Source of the DNA: a virus
Lineage: Duplodnaviria > Caudoviricetes
Reading direction: 5' to 3' (one strand)
DNA: 64,000 nt
Virus record (IMG/VR): IMGVR_UViG_3300025012_000084
Coordinates: 1,617-65,616 of that record
Within the stretch, counting starts at the first letter, position 1. Every line of letters starts with the position of its first letter. The position numbers were made by a program, and so were the translations under genes. Shown here in pieces: positions 9,716-19,410 of this stretch. Under the pieces are notes generated by a model that saw nothing but the letters and a program-made list of their open reading frames with translations, did not search any database and was not told where the DNA came from.

Positions 9716-10411
9716 ATGAAGAAATCTATCATGCTGGTATTGTTGCTCACCGGGTGCGCGTCCGACAAAGACTACACCGCCTATCTGACGGCGCAGCAGG
9801 CCGCGAACACTCAAGCTGCGGCAGATCAAAAACCGCTCGTGCGCATCACCGCGCAACCTGGGCAGAACATCACCGGCCTGCAATCGCTGGAAGTGTACAC
9901 GCCGACCGCCGCACCGGTCATCCAGCAAGCCCGGCCTAATGAATGGGTCGGCGTGGTGCAGACGGCAGTCGGCGTTATCGGGACTGTTGGGCATATCAGG
10001 GCGGCAGGTCAAGCTGCGGTAGGTATCGCGGACAGCGTAGGCAGGGCAGGGACAGCGGGATACGCGCACGTGCAGGCACCGGCGGCCAACATCGCAACGA
10101 CTACCACGACTACGACAACTACGGATTCCAGCACGACCACATCGGGCAGCTACAACCCGGCGACCGGCGCGGTATCCGGCGACACGATTTCTGGCAGCTA
10201 CAACCCCTCCACACCGACGAGCACAGTCGGCGATTACAGCGGGGCGAACAGTGGCAATGCCGGGCGGATCGCAGGTTCGACTATGGCAGACCAGACCAGT
10301 GTGCCGACGGTGGTGACGCAACCCGCACCGTCCGTTACTGTTCAACCTGCCGCAGGTGTTGCGGATAGAGTGTGCGCATTAAATGCGCTCGGAGTTTTGA
10401 CCTGCCTATAA
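9716..10411 (+). CDS. Lipoprotein with Thr/Ser-rich region
   Basis: MKKSIMLVLLLTGC lipobox; AAGGAG RBS before ATG 9716. Confidence 0.75.
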   Translation: MKKSIMLVLLLTGCASDKDYTAYLTAQQAANTQAAADQKPLVRITAQPGQNITGLQSLEVYTPTAAPVIQQARPNEWVGVVQTAVGVIGTVGHIRAAGQAAVGIADSVGRAGTAGYAHVQAPAANIATTTTTTTTTDSSTTTSGSYNPATGAVSGDTISGSYNPSTPTSTVGDYSGANSGNAGRIAGSTMADQTSVPTVVTQPAPSVTVQPAAGVADRVCALNALGVLTCL

Positions 10412-10423
10412 GGGTGTGACAAC

Positions 10424-10630
10424 ATGACTGAAATGATGCCGTATATCGCCGCAATTTTGGGCTTCCTAGCCGTCTACGTCCTGAACAGTATCAAGCAGGA
10501 AATGCGAGACATCAAGCAGTCACTCAATGCGCTGGAATCAGACATGCGCGGGGGTGTGTCTGCACTCGACAGACGCATCACGGTGATCGAAACCCGCTGC
10601 GGTGCTAATCACACGAGGGATTGCCAATGA
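10424..10630 (+). CDS. Small membrane protein (one TM + coiled coil), lysis module
   Basis: YIAAILGFLAVYVL hydrophobic segment then heptads. Confidence 0.6.
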   Translation: MTEMMPYIAAILGFLAVYVLNSIKQEMRDIKQSLNALESDMRGGVSALDRRITVIETRCGANHTRDCQ

Positions 10631-11052
10631 ACCTGAGCCAGCATTTTACGCTCGCAGAGCTGACAGCAAGTGACGCTGCTGTACGACATGGGATACCGAA
10701 CGATCCGCCAGCGTCGATAGTCGAGGAGTTGAAGCGCACAGCACAACTGCTTGAGCAGGTGCGCACACAGCTTAACGCTCCGATCATCGTGACATCAGGC
10801 TATCGCTCCAGCGCGGTGAATAAGCTAATCGGTGGCAAGCCAACATCTAAGCATGTGCAAGGGTTGGCGGCTGACTTCAAGTGTCCGAGCTTCGGCACTC
10901 CTATGCAGATATGCGAAGCGCTCATGCAGTCTGATATTCAGTTCGATCGCGTCATACTCGAATTCGGCGCGTGGGTTCATATTCAGGTTGGTAGTGAGCG
11001 CAAGGTTTTCACGATAAACTGTCAAGGTACTTTTGCAGGAATACATGTATGA
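10627..11052 (+). CDS. Endolysin, peptidase M15A family
   Basis: LSQHFTLAEL, VTSGYRS, SKHVQGLAAD, WVHI motifs. Confidence 0.85.
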   Translation: MNLSQHFTLAELTASDAAVRHGIPNDPPASIVEELKRTAQLLEQVRTQLNAPIIVTSGYRSSAVNKLIGGKPTSKHVQGLAADFKCPSFGTPMQICEALMQSDIQFDRVILEFGAWVHIQVGSERKVFTINCQGTFAGIHV

Positions 11053-11459
11053 ATCCGCTATTCGCACCAATTTACGACCTCGTCGGCACAGTCATAGACA
11101 GGCTGATTCCAGATAAAGCCGCCGCTGAAAAAGCTAAACTTGAGATGGCTGTTGCCTTACAGGCTCAGGAATTCCAGATACAGATTGAGCAGATTCGAGT
11201 TAATGCCGAAGAGGCAAAATCAACAAGCTGGTTCGTTGCTGGTGGTCGCCCCGCGATAATGTGGATTTGCGGGTTCGCGCTGGCCTACGCCGCCGTTATC
11301 GAGCCGATCGCCAGGTTCGCGGCAAAGGTGTGGTTCGGCTATACCGGAGATTTCCCTGTGATTGACACCGATCTGACAATGCAGGTGCTGTTCGGAATAC
11401 TCGGGTTGGGAGCATTCAGGTCAGCAGAAAAAATCAAAGGTGCCGAGGGTAACCGGTAA
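11049..11459 (+). CDS. Holin (3TM/GTA-holin-like)
   Basis: FVAGGRPAIMW and GILGLGAFRS.EK motifs; follows endolysin. Confidence 0.8.
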   Translation: MNPLFAPIYDLVGTVIDRLIPDKAAAEKAKLEMAVALQAQEFQIQIEQIRVNAEEAKSTSWFVAGGRPAIMWICGFALAYAAVIEPIARFAAKVWFGYTGDFPVIDTDLTMQVLFGILGLGAFRSAEKIKGAEGNR

Positions 11460-11465
11460 CCAGCT

Positions 11466-11849
11466 ATGCCACGGCTTACTGAGCGAGAGCGGGAAGTCAT
11501 AGCGCTCACGTCGGAGGGGATGAGCGCGAAGGAGACCGCGCAGCGTCTCGGCATATCGCACCGCACAGTCGAGGATCACCACAAAAATGTGATGCGAAAA
11601 TTAGAGGCTAGAAATATTGTGGCTGCATGCTGTTCAGCACTAAAATTAGGGCTTGTTTCTGTCATGCTATACGCGGGTTTTTCGTTTTTTGGTGCCGATG
11701 ACAAGACGTCAGAAGAGTTTGTAGTTGATGCGGTTGACGCGTCTGTTGTATCGTGCAATAAGACGGATAGTCCGTCATCTAGTGTAGAGGAGATAGAAGA
11801 TGTCGAAAACGTCGAGAAAAGTCCCGGCTGCGAACAAAAGCGGCGGTAA
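11466..11849 (+). CDS. LuxR/GerE-type HTH protein
   Basis: LTEREREVIAL..EGMSAKETAQRLGISHRTVEDH..NVMRKL. Confidence 0.8.
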   Translation: MPRLTEREREVIALTSEGMSAKETAQRLGISHRTVEDHHKNVMRKLEARNIVAACCSALKLGLVSVMLYAGFSFFGADDKTSEEFVVDAVDASVVSCNKTDSPSSSVEEIEDVENVEKSPGCEQKRR

Positions 11850-12003
11850 GCGGATGTCATGGCCTGCTGGGGTTGTAAAGCTGCCGAAGGTCCGAGTACA
11901 GAAAAAACCCCCTCGCGGAGGCTATGTCTGATACGTAGTTTTGCGGGTGGCTGCGGATCCAGACAAGGTGCAGACTATGACCACCTAAATACAGGAGGTG
12001 GTC

Positions 12004-13314
12004 ATGGCATATTCATTCATTCTACCGAGCATATCACCAACCGCAAACGGTGATGGTTCGTTGATCGGCAGCGTCAACGAGACCGACTTCACCGCGTCAT
12101 TCAACGACAAGCACATTTCCGATGTTGTTTATGTCTACCGAAAAAATGTAGCCGGTCAATCGTTCAGCTTCGACGACATATCCACGGCAGCGGGTAACGA
12201 TACAACCTCTGATTTCCTTCCGTTCGGCACAAATGCGCAGATGAGCGCGGGGGATGAACTGTATATCTCATGCGACCACAATCAGGAAGAGCTATTCTTC
12301 AAGATCGACACGCCAGGGGTGTGGACTGGCACACTGGACATCAAGTATTCCAGCAACGGGACAACCGCAAACGCGACATTGCAAGGAGTTGTCGATAACT
12401 CAAACGGCTTCAGGAATTCCGCCGGGGTTTACCGAATATCATTTACCAAGCCAACCGACATTCAGGCATTCTCTCCAGTTCCGGGCGACATACTTTCAAA
12501 GAAATGGTTTGTGTTCAAGCCGACCATTACCGCAGTTACAACCGCGCCGATCCTTTCGCGGGTATGGATCCACCACGACCAGCACCTGCTCACCGATGTG
12601 ACCACAGCAGCAAATGACGTGAGCGTCCCATCTTCAACGCCTGAGACGTTTTTCCCGACCGTCGATTCCGCGCATTATTTTTCGTTCGCAAACCCTGCAA
12701 TGGGTTTGGTCAGGAACGTGCATCAGGCCTCTGCCAACGTGCGCACACGGCAGCTTGAGTATTACGCCAACGACAACATATGGAAGCCGTTGCAGAATAT
12801 CTCCGACCCATCGAACGACTACAAGGCCGGTTCACTGACCTATTCTGCAACCCCGGTGCAATACATCGTCGGCTGGTCTGTGCCGACCGACTGGAGTTCC
12901 AAGACGCTTGAGTTCAATACAAGCAGCGGCACGGTGAACAGCACGGGCTACTGGATAAGGAACCGGACAGCATCTGTGCAGGCATACGGCCCGGCGCAAT
13001 CGACCAAATACACCATCCGAGCCAAGCAGTTCGGAAATTCCAACACGTCAGGTTATCAAGTTCCCGTCGCCACGACGCTTCGCATGATAACGATTGACGA
13101 GCCTTTGAGTATGAGCGGCAGCGGCGCGGTGACGTTGCAGATATCCAATTTATCGACGGGAGCATCCGCTACGGCGACGATACCCGCCAGCCCGACCTGG
13201 CCGCTGAACCTTGACGTGGCAGACTTGAGCCTTGCTGCGGACAACAGGTTTGGCCTGTTCTACAACTCCGGTACTCGCACGTTCACGTCCGCGCCATTAA
13301 CCCTGCACACATAA
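12004..13314 (+). CDS. Putative virion/tail-associated beta-rich protein
   Basis: AGGAGG RBS; precedes second fibre gene. Confidence 0.55.
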   Translation: MAYSFILPSISPTANGDGSLIGSVNETDFTASFNDKHISDVVYVYRKNVAGQSFSFDDISTAAGNDTTSDFLPFGTNAQMSAGDELYISCDHNQEELFFKIDTPGVWTGTLDIKYSSNGTTANATLQGVVDNSNGFRNSAGVYRISFTKPTDIQAFSPVPGDILSKKWFVFKPTITAVTTAPILSRVWIHHDQHLLTDVTTAANDVSVPSSTPETFFPTVDSAHYFSFANPAMGLVRNVHQASANVRTRQLEYYANDNIWKPLQNISDPSNDYKAGSLTYSATPVQYIVGWSVPTDWSSKTLEFNTSSGTVNSTGYWIRNRTASVQAYGPAQSTKYTIRAKQFGNSNTSGYQVPVATTLRMITIDEPLSMSGSGAVTLQISNLSTGASATATIPASPTWPLNLDVADLSLAADNRFGLFYNSGTRTFTSAPLTLHT

Positions 13315-13323
13315 GGAGCCGTC

Positions 13324-15369
13324 ATGTCAAAACTTGGAATTCCAATTATCGAGGTGCTGGGTTCGGGCGATGTGGCCAGCGGTACGGCGCATTTCGTCAA
13401 AACGACTGGCGGCGACATTCAGGTAGCAACCCCGTCCGGCGTGCAGACTATCGCCACGGCGGAGACTGTTGCCGCTGCTATCGGTGGATCATACGAGAAG
13501 GTTCAGTTTACCATTGGCACTAACGACCTAACCCCGGCAACGGATGGAAAGACGCGAATCTTCCACCTTGAAGGCGGAACGCTGAATGCGCTATCGACGG
13601 CGAACTGGCCTATTCCTACAAGTCCCCAGCGGTTCGAGATTCAGAACCATACAGGCGCGACAGCCACCTTTAGTGTAACAACCGGGGTTGGGCAGTTTGC
13701 CGGGCTGGTGGACTTTGATGGCGACACCGTGGAGAACGCAGAGTTCGGCATACCTAAAAACGCCATGGTCACTGTGACCGTTGATGAGGATGGATGGGTG
13801 CAAGTTGCTCCGTCTATGGCCAGTTACAGCAAGGCGGAAGTTGATGCGGCTCTGGCGCTAAAAGCGGCGGATAATGCGGTAGTAAAACTCACGGGCGACC
13901 AGACTGTTGCCGGTAAAAAGACATTCTCAACTTTACCGGAAGTAGGCTCGGACGCTTCAACCGCCAATCAGGTTGTCAGGAAAAGCCAGCATGATACGGC
14001 TCTTGCCTTGAAAACAGAGACAACAACAACTGCCGACCTAACTGCCGCAATCACAGCAGCAAATTGGGCGCCATCAACATCAGTAACGGCTGGGGATCGG
14101 AGGCTTGCAACCGTTGCCGCCGGAGGATTTTTTATAGGGCAACTTATACAGTCAAACTCAGCACGGACTACCGGCTTGACATTCAACGCTACGGAAGCTG
14201 GAAATTGGACATTGGTTCGCAGTTTGAGAGACGGAGGAACAGACCTAAAACCACACTCAATACGTTCAAACATAGCTGTAGATATTTCAAGCACTGACCT
14301 CAACGATCTTTCTGGCGTTGGATTCTTCAATGGGAACAATCTATCCAATACACCAAGTAGTGTCGCAAGCACTGCCGTATGGTGGCATGTCATTCAGGCT
14401 AACCACATGAATGAGACTGCGGCGACAGCAGACCATTACTCATATCAGATTGCTCGTCACCTCACAGCATCTATCTCAGAAATGTGGACTCGTAAATCGG
14501 TGTCCTCAGCAAGTACGCGCACTTGGAGTGCTTGGCGCAAGATGGGCGATGACTCTGGTGACATGTTTGCCAATTGGGTTGCCAATGCAAAAGTGGACGC
14601 AGGGCAAATTCAGAAAGCAACGGCAGTTACTACATCACCCGCGTTTGCTGTTGGGCAACTCATCAAGAGAACAGCCTCTGGAACTGCTGGCGCAACATTC
14701 GACAATACTGAAGCGGCGCTTTATACAGCAGCAACTTATGCTGAAATTGCGCATGTAGCTGGATTGCAGGGTGCTCTCGACGCAAAATCCCCGCTTGCTT
14801 CCCCTACATTCACAGGCACAGTAGGCGGCATCACTAAAGCGATGGTAGGGCTCGGAAACGTCGATAACACGGCGGACACGGCAAAGCCGGTCTCGAACAC
14901 GCAACAGACAGCCTTGGATGCGAAAGTTTCCGCCACAACCCTAAAAGCTGGCATCTGTCATGTTCGCAAATCAGCAGATCAAGCTGTTTCTGCGTCCACA
15001 GCGACCAAAATCACATTCAATACCACCGAATTTGATCCATCTAACTTCTGGGATGAAACAAACAACCGCTACTTACCGACTGTTGCCGGATACTACAGAT
15101 TCAATGTCGGGGCATTATTCGGCTCTGCAATTGATGGTATGCGATCTTTGCTGTATATTTACAAGAACGGGGTACAGGTTGCCATCCTCACCGACAAAAC
15201 TTCCGGCGCGGCAGCGGATACGCAAATATCTGGCACCTTCATAGCGGCAGCGAACGGAACGACAGACTATTTTGAGGCGTTCTGCTACATCACCTCGTCA
15301 TTGAATATTATGAATGGCGGCACGACAGGGTACACATACTTTCAAGCGCAATATATTTGCGGATTGTAG
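13324..15369 (+). CDS. Tail fibre / receptor-binding protein 2
   Basis: GDQTVAGKKTF, knob-like DLNDL...WSAW segment, VGLGNVDNTAD..KPVS shaft, C1q-like C-terminus (YLPTVAGYYRF). Confidence 0.8.
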   Translation: MSKLGIPIIEVLGSGDVASGTAHFVKTTGGDIQVATPSGVQTIATAETVAAAIGGSYEKVQFTIGTNDLTPATDGKTRIFHLEGGTLNALSTANWPIPTSPQRFEIQNHTGATATFSVTTGVGQFAGLVDFDGDTVENAEFGIPKNAMVTVTVDEDGWVQVAPSMASYSKAEVDAALALKAADNAVVKLTGDQTVAGKKTFSTLPEVGSDASTANQVVRKSQHDTALALKTETTTTADLTAAITAANWAPSTSVTAGDRRLATVAAGGFFIGQLIQSNSARTTGLTFNATEAGNWTLVRSLRDGGTDLKPHSIRSNIAVDISSTDLNDLSGVGFFNGNNLSNTPSSVASTAVWWHVIQANHMNETAATADHYSYQIARHLTASISEMWTRKSVSSASTRTWSAWRKMGDDSGDMFANWVANAKVDAGQIQKATAVTTSPAFAVGQLIKRTASGTAGATFDNTEAALYTAATYAEIAHVAGLQGALDAKSPLASPTFTGTVGGITKAMVGLGNVDNTADTAKPVSNTQQTALDAKVSATTLKAGICHVRKSADQAVSASTATKITFNTTEFDPSNFWDETNNRYLPTVAGYYRFNVGALFGSAIDGMRSLLYIYKNGVQVAILTDKTSGAAADTQISGTFIAAANGTTDYFEAFCYITSSLNIMNGGTTGYTYFQAQYICGL

Positions 15370-15514
15370 GAAGTAAAATAATCCATGCTCGACTTCCTAA
15401 TCAGCACGCTGTCCGGCTGCTCAATATGACCGACATACTTTTTGGCCTAGTTCTCGGACAGATTCTCGGCCTTTTTGCGCTGTGCGTACTGGCATACGCG
15501 GCTAAGTTTAGAGG

Positions 15515-15543
15515 TTGACACTGCAAAACCGGCGTGGTCTAAT
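15515..15543 (+). promoter_or_regulatory. Sigma70-like promoter
   Basis: TTGACA-17 bp-TCTAAT with TGn extension. Confidence 0.6.
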
Positions 15544-15581
15544 GTCTAATCGCGGGCTGCTCCGCCGAGGAAGTATGCGCC

Positions 15582-17687
15582 ATGCCACTCCAGAAACTTG
15601 TATTTAAGCCGGGAGCAAACAGAGACAACACCAGGTACTCCAACGAGGGGTCTTGGTGGGACATGGACAAAGTCAGATTTTTTTCAGGTACACCGCAAAA
15701 AATTGGTGGTTGGCAGCAGCTGGGATCATTTACATTTCAAGGTAGCTGCAAATTTCTGCGTGACTGGAGCACTCTCATAGGCGAGAACCTTCTCGCTATA
15801 GGCACGAACCTAAAGATGTATCTTGAGCGCGGAGAGGTCTTGTACGACATCACTCCGATACGAGCCACTCTCTCGGCGACAAACCCCTTTGCCACATCTA
15901 TAGGGTCAACAACAGTCACAGCCACTATCGCAGGGCACGGTGCGGTGCAAGGTGACTTTGTCACGTTTGCAGGGTCGTCCGCTGTCGGCGGGGTGCCTGC
16001 CGCCGATATAAACAAAGAGCAGCAGATCACACTCGCTGTTGGAAACATCATATCTTTTGTTGTCGCCACAGCCGCTACATCTACAGTGGCAGCCGGTGGC
16101 GGGGCCATCACCGCCGCATTCCAACCAAATACAGGCAGCTCGATCGCCATACCTAACGGAGGCTACGGCGGAGGCCCGTATAGCATCGCGGAGTACGGGT
16201 GGTTTATACCTGTGATTTACGGACAGTATGTCGGAGATACGTTCGGAGAGGACTTCATATTCGCCATCCGCGATGGCGGCCTTTTTTACTGGACGGGAGC
16301 AAACGTGCCGACAGCGCTGGCGTCAAGAGGTGTGATACTGGCAGACTCAGCCGGAGCGTCGAATGTCCCTATGATTGTGGACAATTTACTTACAACGGCA
16401 GATCAGCACGTACTGGCGGTAGGGACGAACTCTATCAGCGCGATAAACGTCAAAGTCAACCCGTTCACAAGCGGGGCAGCGGCGTCGCCCATAGTCACAG
16501 TGACGCTTGTCGCGCATGGCCTGACGACCGGCGATTATTTGACTGTTGAAGATGCCGTGGGGTTCGATGGACTGGTGACAGCAGAGCTGAACAAGCAACA
16601 CAAAATAACGTATGTCTCAGCAGACGCTTTTACGATAACGCTCACTACGGGGTGTACCGCAGGAGCTGTTGTAGGCGGGGGTTCGGCGGTGACGCTGTAC
16701 TCTCAAGACGGTATTGAAGATCCCATGCTTGTGCGTTGGTGCGCACAAGGCAACCCCCTCGACTGGACACCGAAAGTAACTAATTCCGCAGGCGACTACA
16801 GACTCTCGTCAGGCAGCTACACATACGCCGTAAAACGCATCCGGCAGGAGAACCTGATATGGACAGACACTGCGGTGTACTCGGTGCAGTTCGTAGGGCC
16901 GCCCGCCAGCTTTTCGTTCCTCCCATTGGCTGATAACACATCTATCGCGTCAATCACGGCGGTCGCCGTTGTGGACAACATCGCATACTGGATGGGCCGA
17001 GACAAGTTCTATATGTACAACGGCCAGGTTCTGTCTATGGACTGCTCTGTTCGCAGGTATGTATTTGGGGACATCAACGCGTCTCAGCTGGCGCAAGTAT
17101 TTGCCGGTACGAACCTGGCGTTTAACGAGGTTACGTGGTGGTATTGCGCCGCAGATTCGCTGACCACGGACAGGTACGTGACGTATAACTACGTGGAGAA
17201 GACATGGTCTTTCGGGTCTATGCCCCGCACAGCGTGGATAGATTCTCAGCTCAGGGACAAGCCTATGGCTGCGGGGTCGGATGGGAAAATCTACTACCAC
17301 GAACTCGGATCTGACGACGGGTCTACAAATCCGCCTACGGCTATCGCGGCCTTCATAGAGTCGGCAGACATCGACATAGGTGAAGGCGACAATTTTATGT
17401 TTGTTCAGCGGTGTATCCCCGACGTGGACTTCTCAGGTTCGACCGCCGCGATACCTGCCGCCGTTGTCACGTTGAAAGCCCGCAACTTCCCAGGGAGTGA
17501 TTTTTCGCAGAGCAATGCCAGAAACGTCGCGCAAACGGCCACCATCTCCTTCGACCAGTTTACCGATCAGGTATGGACTCGGCTGAGGGGACGACAAATA
17601 GCTTTCAGGATGGACTCCACCGCAGTCGGCGTCGCATGGAAGCTTGGTGCCCCCCGGATCGAGATCCGAGAGGACGGCATGCGATGA
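15582..17687 (+). CDS. Tail nozzle / DNA stabilisation protein (P22 gp10 / tail tubular B-like)
   Basis: MPLQKLVFKPG start, propeller-like repeats, RLRGRQ..FR..S...W.LG C-terminus. Confidence 0.75.
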   Translation: MPLQKLVFKPGANRDNTRYSNEGSWWDMDKVRFFSGTPQKIGGWQQLGSFTFQGSCKFLRDWSTLIGENLLAIGTNLKMYLERGEVLYDITPIRATLSATNPFATSIGSTTVTATIAGHGAVQGDFVTFAGSSAVGGVPAADINKEQQITLAVGNIISFVVATAATSTVAAGGGAITAAFQPNTGSSIAIPNGGYGGGPYSIAEYGWFIPVIYGQYVGDTFGEDFIFAIRDGGLFYWTGANVPTALASRGVILADSAGASNVPMIVDNLLTTADQHVLAVGTNSISAINVKVNPFTSGAAASPIVTVTLVAHGLTTGDYLTVEDAVGFDGLVTAELNKQHKITYVSADAFTITLTTGCTAGAVVGGGSAVTLYSQDGIEDPMLVRWCAQGNPLDWTPKVTNSAGDYRLSSGSYTYAVKRIRQENLIWTDTAVYSVQFVGPPASFSFLPLADNTSIASITAVAVVDNIAYWMGRDKFYMYNGQVLSMDCSVRRYVFGDINASQLAQVFAGTNLAFNEVTWWYCAADSLTTDRYVTYNYVEKTWSFGSMPRTAWIDSQLRDKPMAAGSDGKIYYHELGSDDGSTNPPTAIAAFIESADIDIGEGDNFMFVQRCIPDVDFSGSTAAIPAAVVTLKARNFPGSDFSQSNARNVAQTATISFDQFTDQVWTRLRGRQIAFRMDSTAVGVAWKLGAPRIEIREDGMR

Positions 17688-18091
17688 GAGCGCCAGCACT
17701 ACCGATCGCGCCTGAGACATATTCTAAAGGGCATTTAGACGTACTTCTGCGTGTCCTGACGCAGTATTTTACCGCGAACGCTATCGAAACGGACTACAGG
17801 GCTAACCGCAGCCTCCCGGCACAGGTGAGTGCCAGTACGCAGATGGGGGACGACGAGCACTCGTTCGTAGCCTTGGTGTCCGGACTTACGATGACACTTC
17901 CGCCAGCCAGCTCGGACAGATATGGCAGAGACTGGACAGTCTCGCTCGGGGTGGCCGGATGGACTGACATCACTGTCTCAGCAGGCGACTCGCTGATTTT
18001 ACCGGGGGTGGACGACACGATACGATTGGACATCAAAGGATCTTCGGTTACACTACGATGCATGTCTGGTAACTCGTGGGGTATCGTATGA
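17684..18091 (+). CDS. Structural hypothetical protein
   Basis: ATGA overlap; PALPIAPETY N-terminus. Confidence 0.6.
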   Translation: MRAPALPIAPETYSKGHLDVLLRVLTQYFTANAIETDYRANRSLPAQVSASTQMGDDEHSFVALVSGLTMTLPPASSDRYGRDWTVSLGVAGWTDITVSAGDSLILPGVDDTIRLDIKGSSVTLRCMSGNSWGIV

Positions 18092-18285
18092 CGTGGTTTG
18101 GCAACGATGTGGGGTTCAAAGACGGAGTGAAGCTGGATGTGGCGGTTGTTTCGTCGGTGGAAGAAGATCCTCTTGCGGATCAGGTAAGTATGCTTGTAAA
18201 AATACACAAGCAGCTTCGCATCATGAACATACACCTCGCCATTATGACTGGCGAGAAAATAACCAACGGAGACATTGGAGAATAA
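18088..18285 (+). CDS. Small hypothetical protein
   Basis: ATGA overlap with upstream gene. Confidence 0.5.
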   Translation: MTWFGNDVGFKDGVKLDVAVVSSVEEDPLADQVSMLVKIHKQLRIMNIHLAIMTGEKITNGDIGE

Positions 18286-18286
18286 G

Positions 18287-18835
18287 ATGGCAGAACAAAT
18301 TGTAGATGGCACGGGGACGGGCATCAAAGCGAAAGTAAGCGCGGGGAACCAGCTTCACGTTTACTCCGCCAGCGTGCCGTACCAGCATCATGTCGCGCAC
18401 ACGCACAGTGAGGCCTTCATCGCCACCGTGCAACAGACCCCAACGACCACCAACACGCCTTTTGCGTACCTGAAAAACACCTACACCGAGGACATTAACA
18501 TTTGGACGATCTGCGCGAGGTGCGCGGCGGCTGAGTGTATTGAAGTATGGTCGGTTACAGGAACAGCGGTAGGGACTGAATATGTCCCTGTGAATGCGGT
18601 TATCGGCAGTGGAATACTCGCCAACGTAACATGCGTGGTAAATAACGCCATTACCGGATTGGCCAAGGCGAAGCTCATCAAGCGTATTTATGTCGAGGCG
18701 GCAACACGATCAGTCTGCCACGACATTCATACGGCAATCATCCTACCAGCCGGTCAGGCCGTCGCGGTTTACGCTGTCACCGGAACAGCTTTGACTGATA
18801 TTGAAATCACATTCGACTTTCACAGCGTGGAGTAA
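18287..18835 (+). CDS. Hypothetical virion protein, paralog 1 (IxDGxG N-terminus)
   Basis: IVDGTGTGIKAKV. Confidence 0.65.
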   Translation: MAEQIVDGTGTGIKAKVSAGNQLHVYSASVPYQHHVAHTHSEAFIATVQQTPTTTNTPFAYLKNTYTEDINIWTICARCAAAECIEVWSVTGTAVGTEYVPVNAVIGSGILANVTCVVNNAITGLAKAKLIKRIYVEAATRSVCHDIHTAIILPAGQAVAVYAVTGTALTDIEITFDFHSVE

Positions 18836-18837
18836 TC

Positions 18838-19410
18838 ATGGAAATCACTGACGGCACAGGTTCGGGCAAAGCAGCTAAAGTCTCCAGCGATAATAGGCTG
18901 TTCACGTTCGCATTGTTGGAATGGCCGATGGAAGCGTTCGCGCATCAAGGCGACGCTTATGCTCTCGCATCAGATTTTATCGCGCTGACCACCACGGCTT
19001 CGTACAGCGGGATTTTGTACTTAACGAATACATCTACCACGCACAATATCCACATCGACAGCATACGCACATCGTCAACGGTCGGGACATTGTGGCAGTT
19101 GATGCGCAATCCAACCGCCGGGACATTGATTAGCGCAGGTGCTGCGATTTTGGCTGTAAACGATAATTTCAGCAGCGGTAAAACAATCTCCGCAACGGCC
19201 AAAAAAGGCGTTGACGCGCAAACCGTGACAGACGGGGTGCTGACAGGACAGTGGCAAACAGGGGTGTATGGAGTGATGGAACGCCGGTACGAGGGCGCTA
19301 TCATTCTCGGAACCGGAAATTCGATTGCAATAGTAGCGAAGCCATCAGCAGCGGCAACCGTTGGAGCAACAGTATCGCTGTGGGTAGAGCCCGTCGAAGG
19401 CGCGCGATAA
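18838..19410 (+). CDS. Hypothetical virion protein, paralog 2
   Basis: ITDGTGSGKAAKV; GGAG RBS. Confidence 0.65.
   Translation: MEITDGTGSGKAAKVSSDNRLFTFALLEWPMEAFAHQGDAYALASDFIALTTTASYSGILYLTNTSTTHNIHIDSIRTSSTVGTLWQLMRNPTAGTLISAGAAILAVNDNFSSGKTISATAKKGVDAQTVTDGVLTGQWQTGVYGVMERRYEGAIILGTGNSIAIVAKPSAAATVGATVSLWVEPVEGAR

Noticed and set aside
5835-15369. Diversity-generating retroelement acting on tail fibres
   Set aside because: No reverse transcriptase and no repeat pair differing specifically at adenines was noticed.
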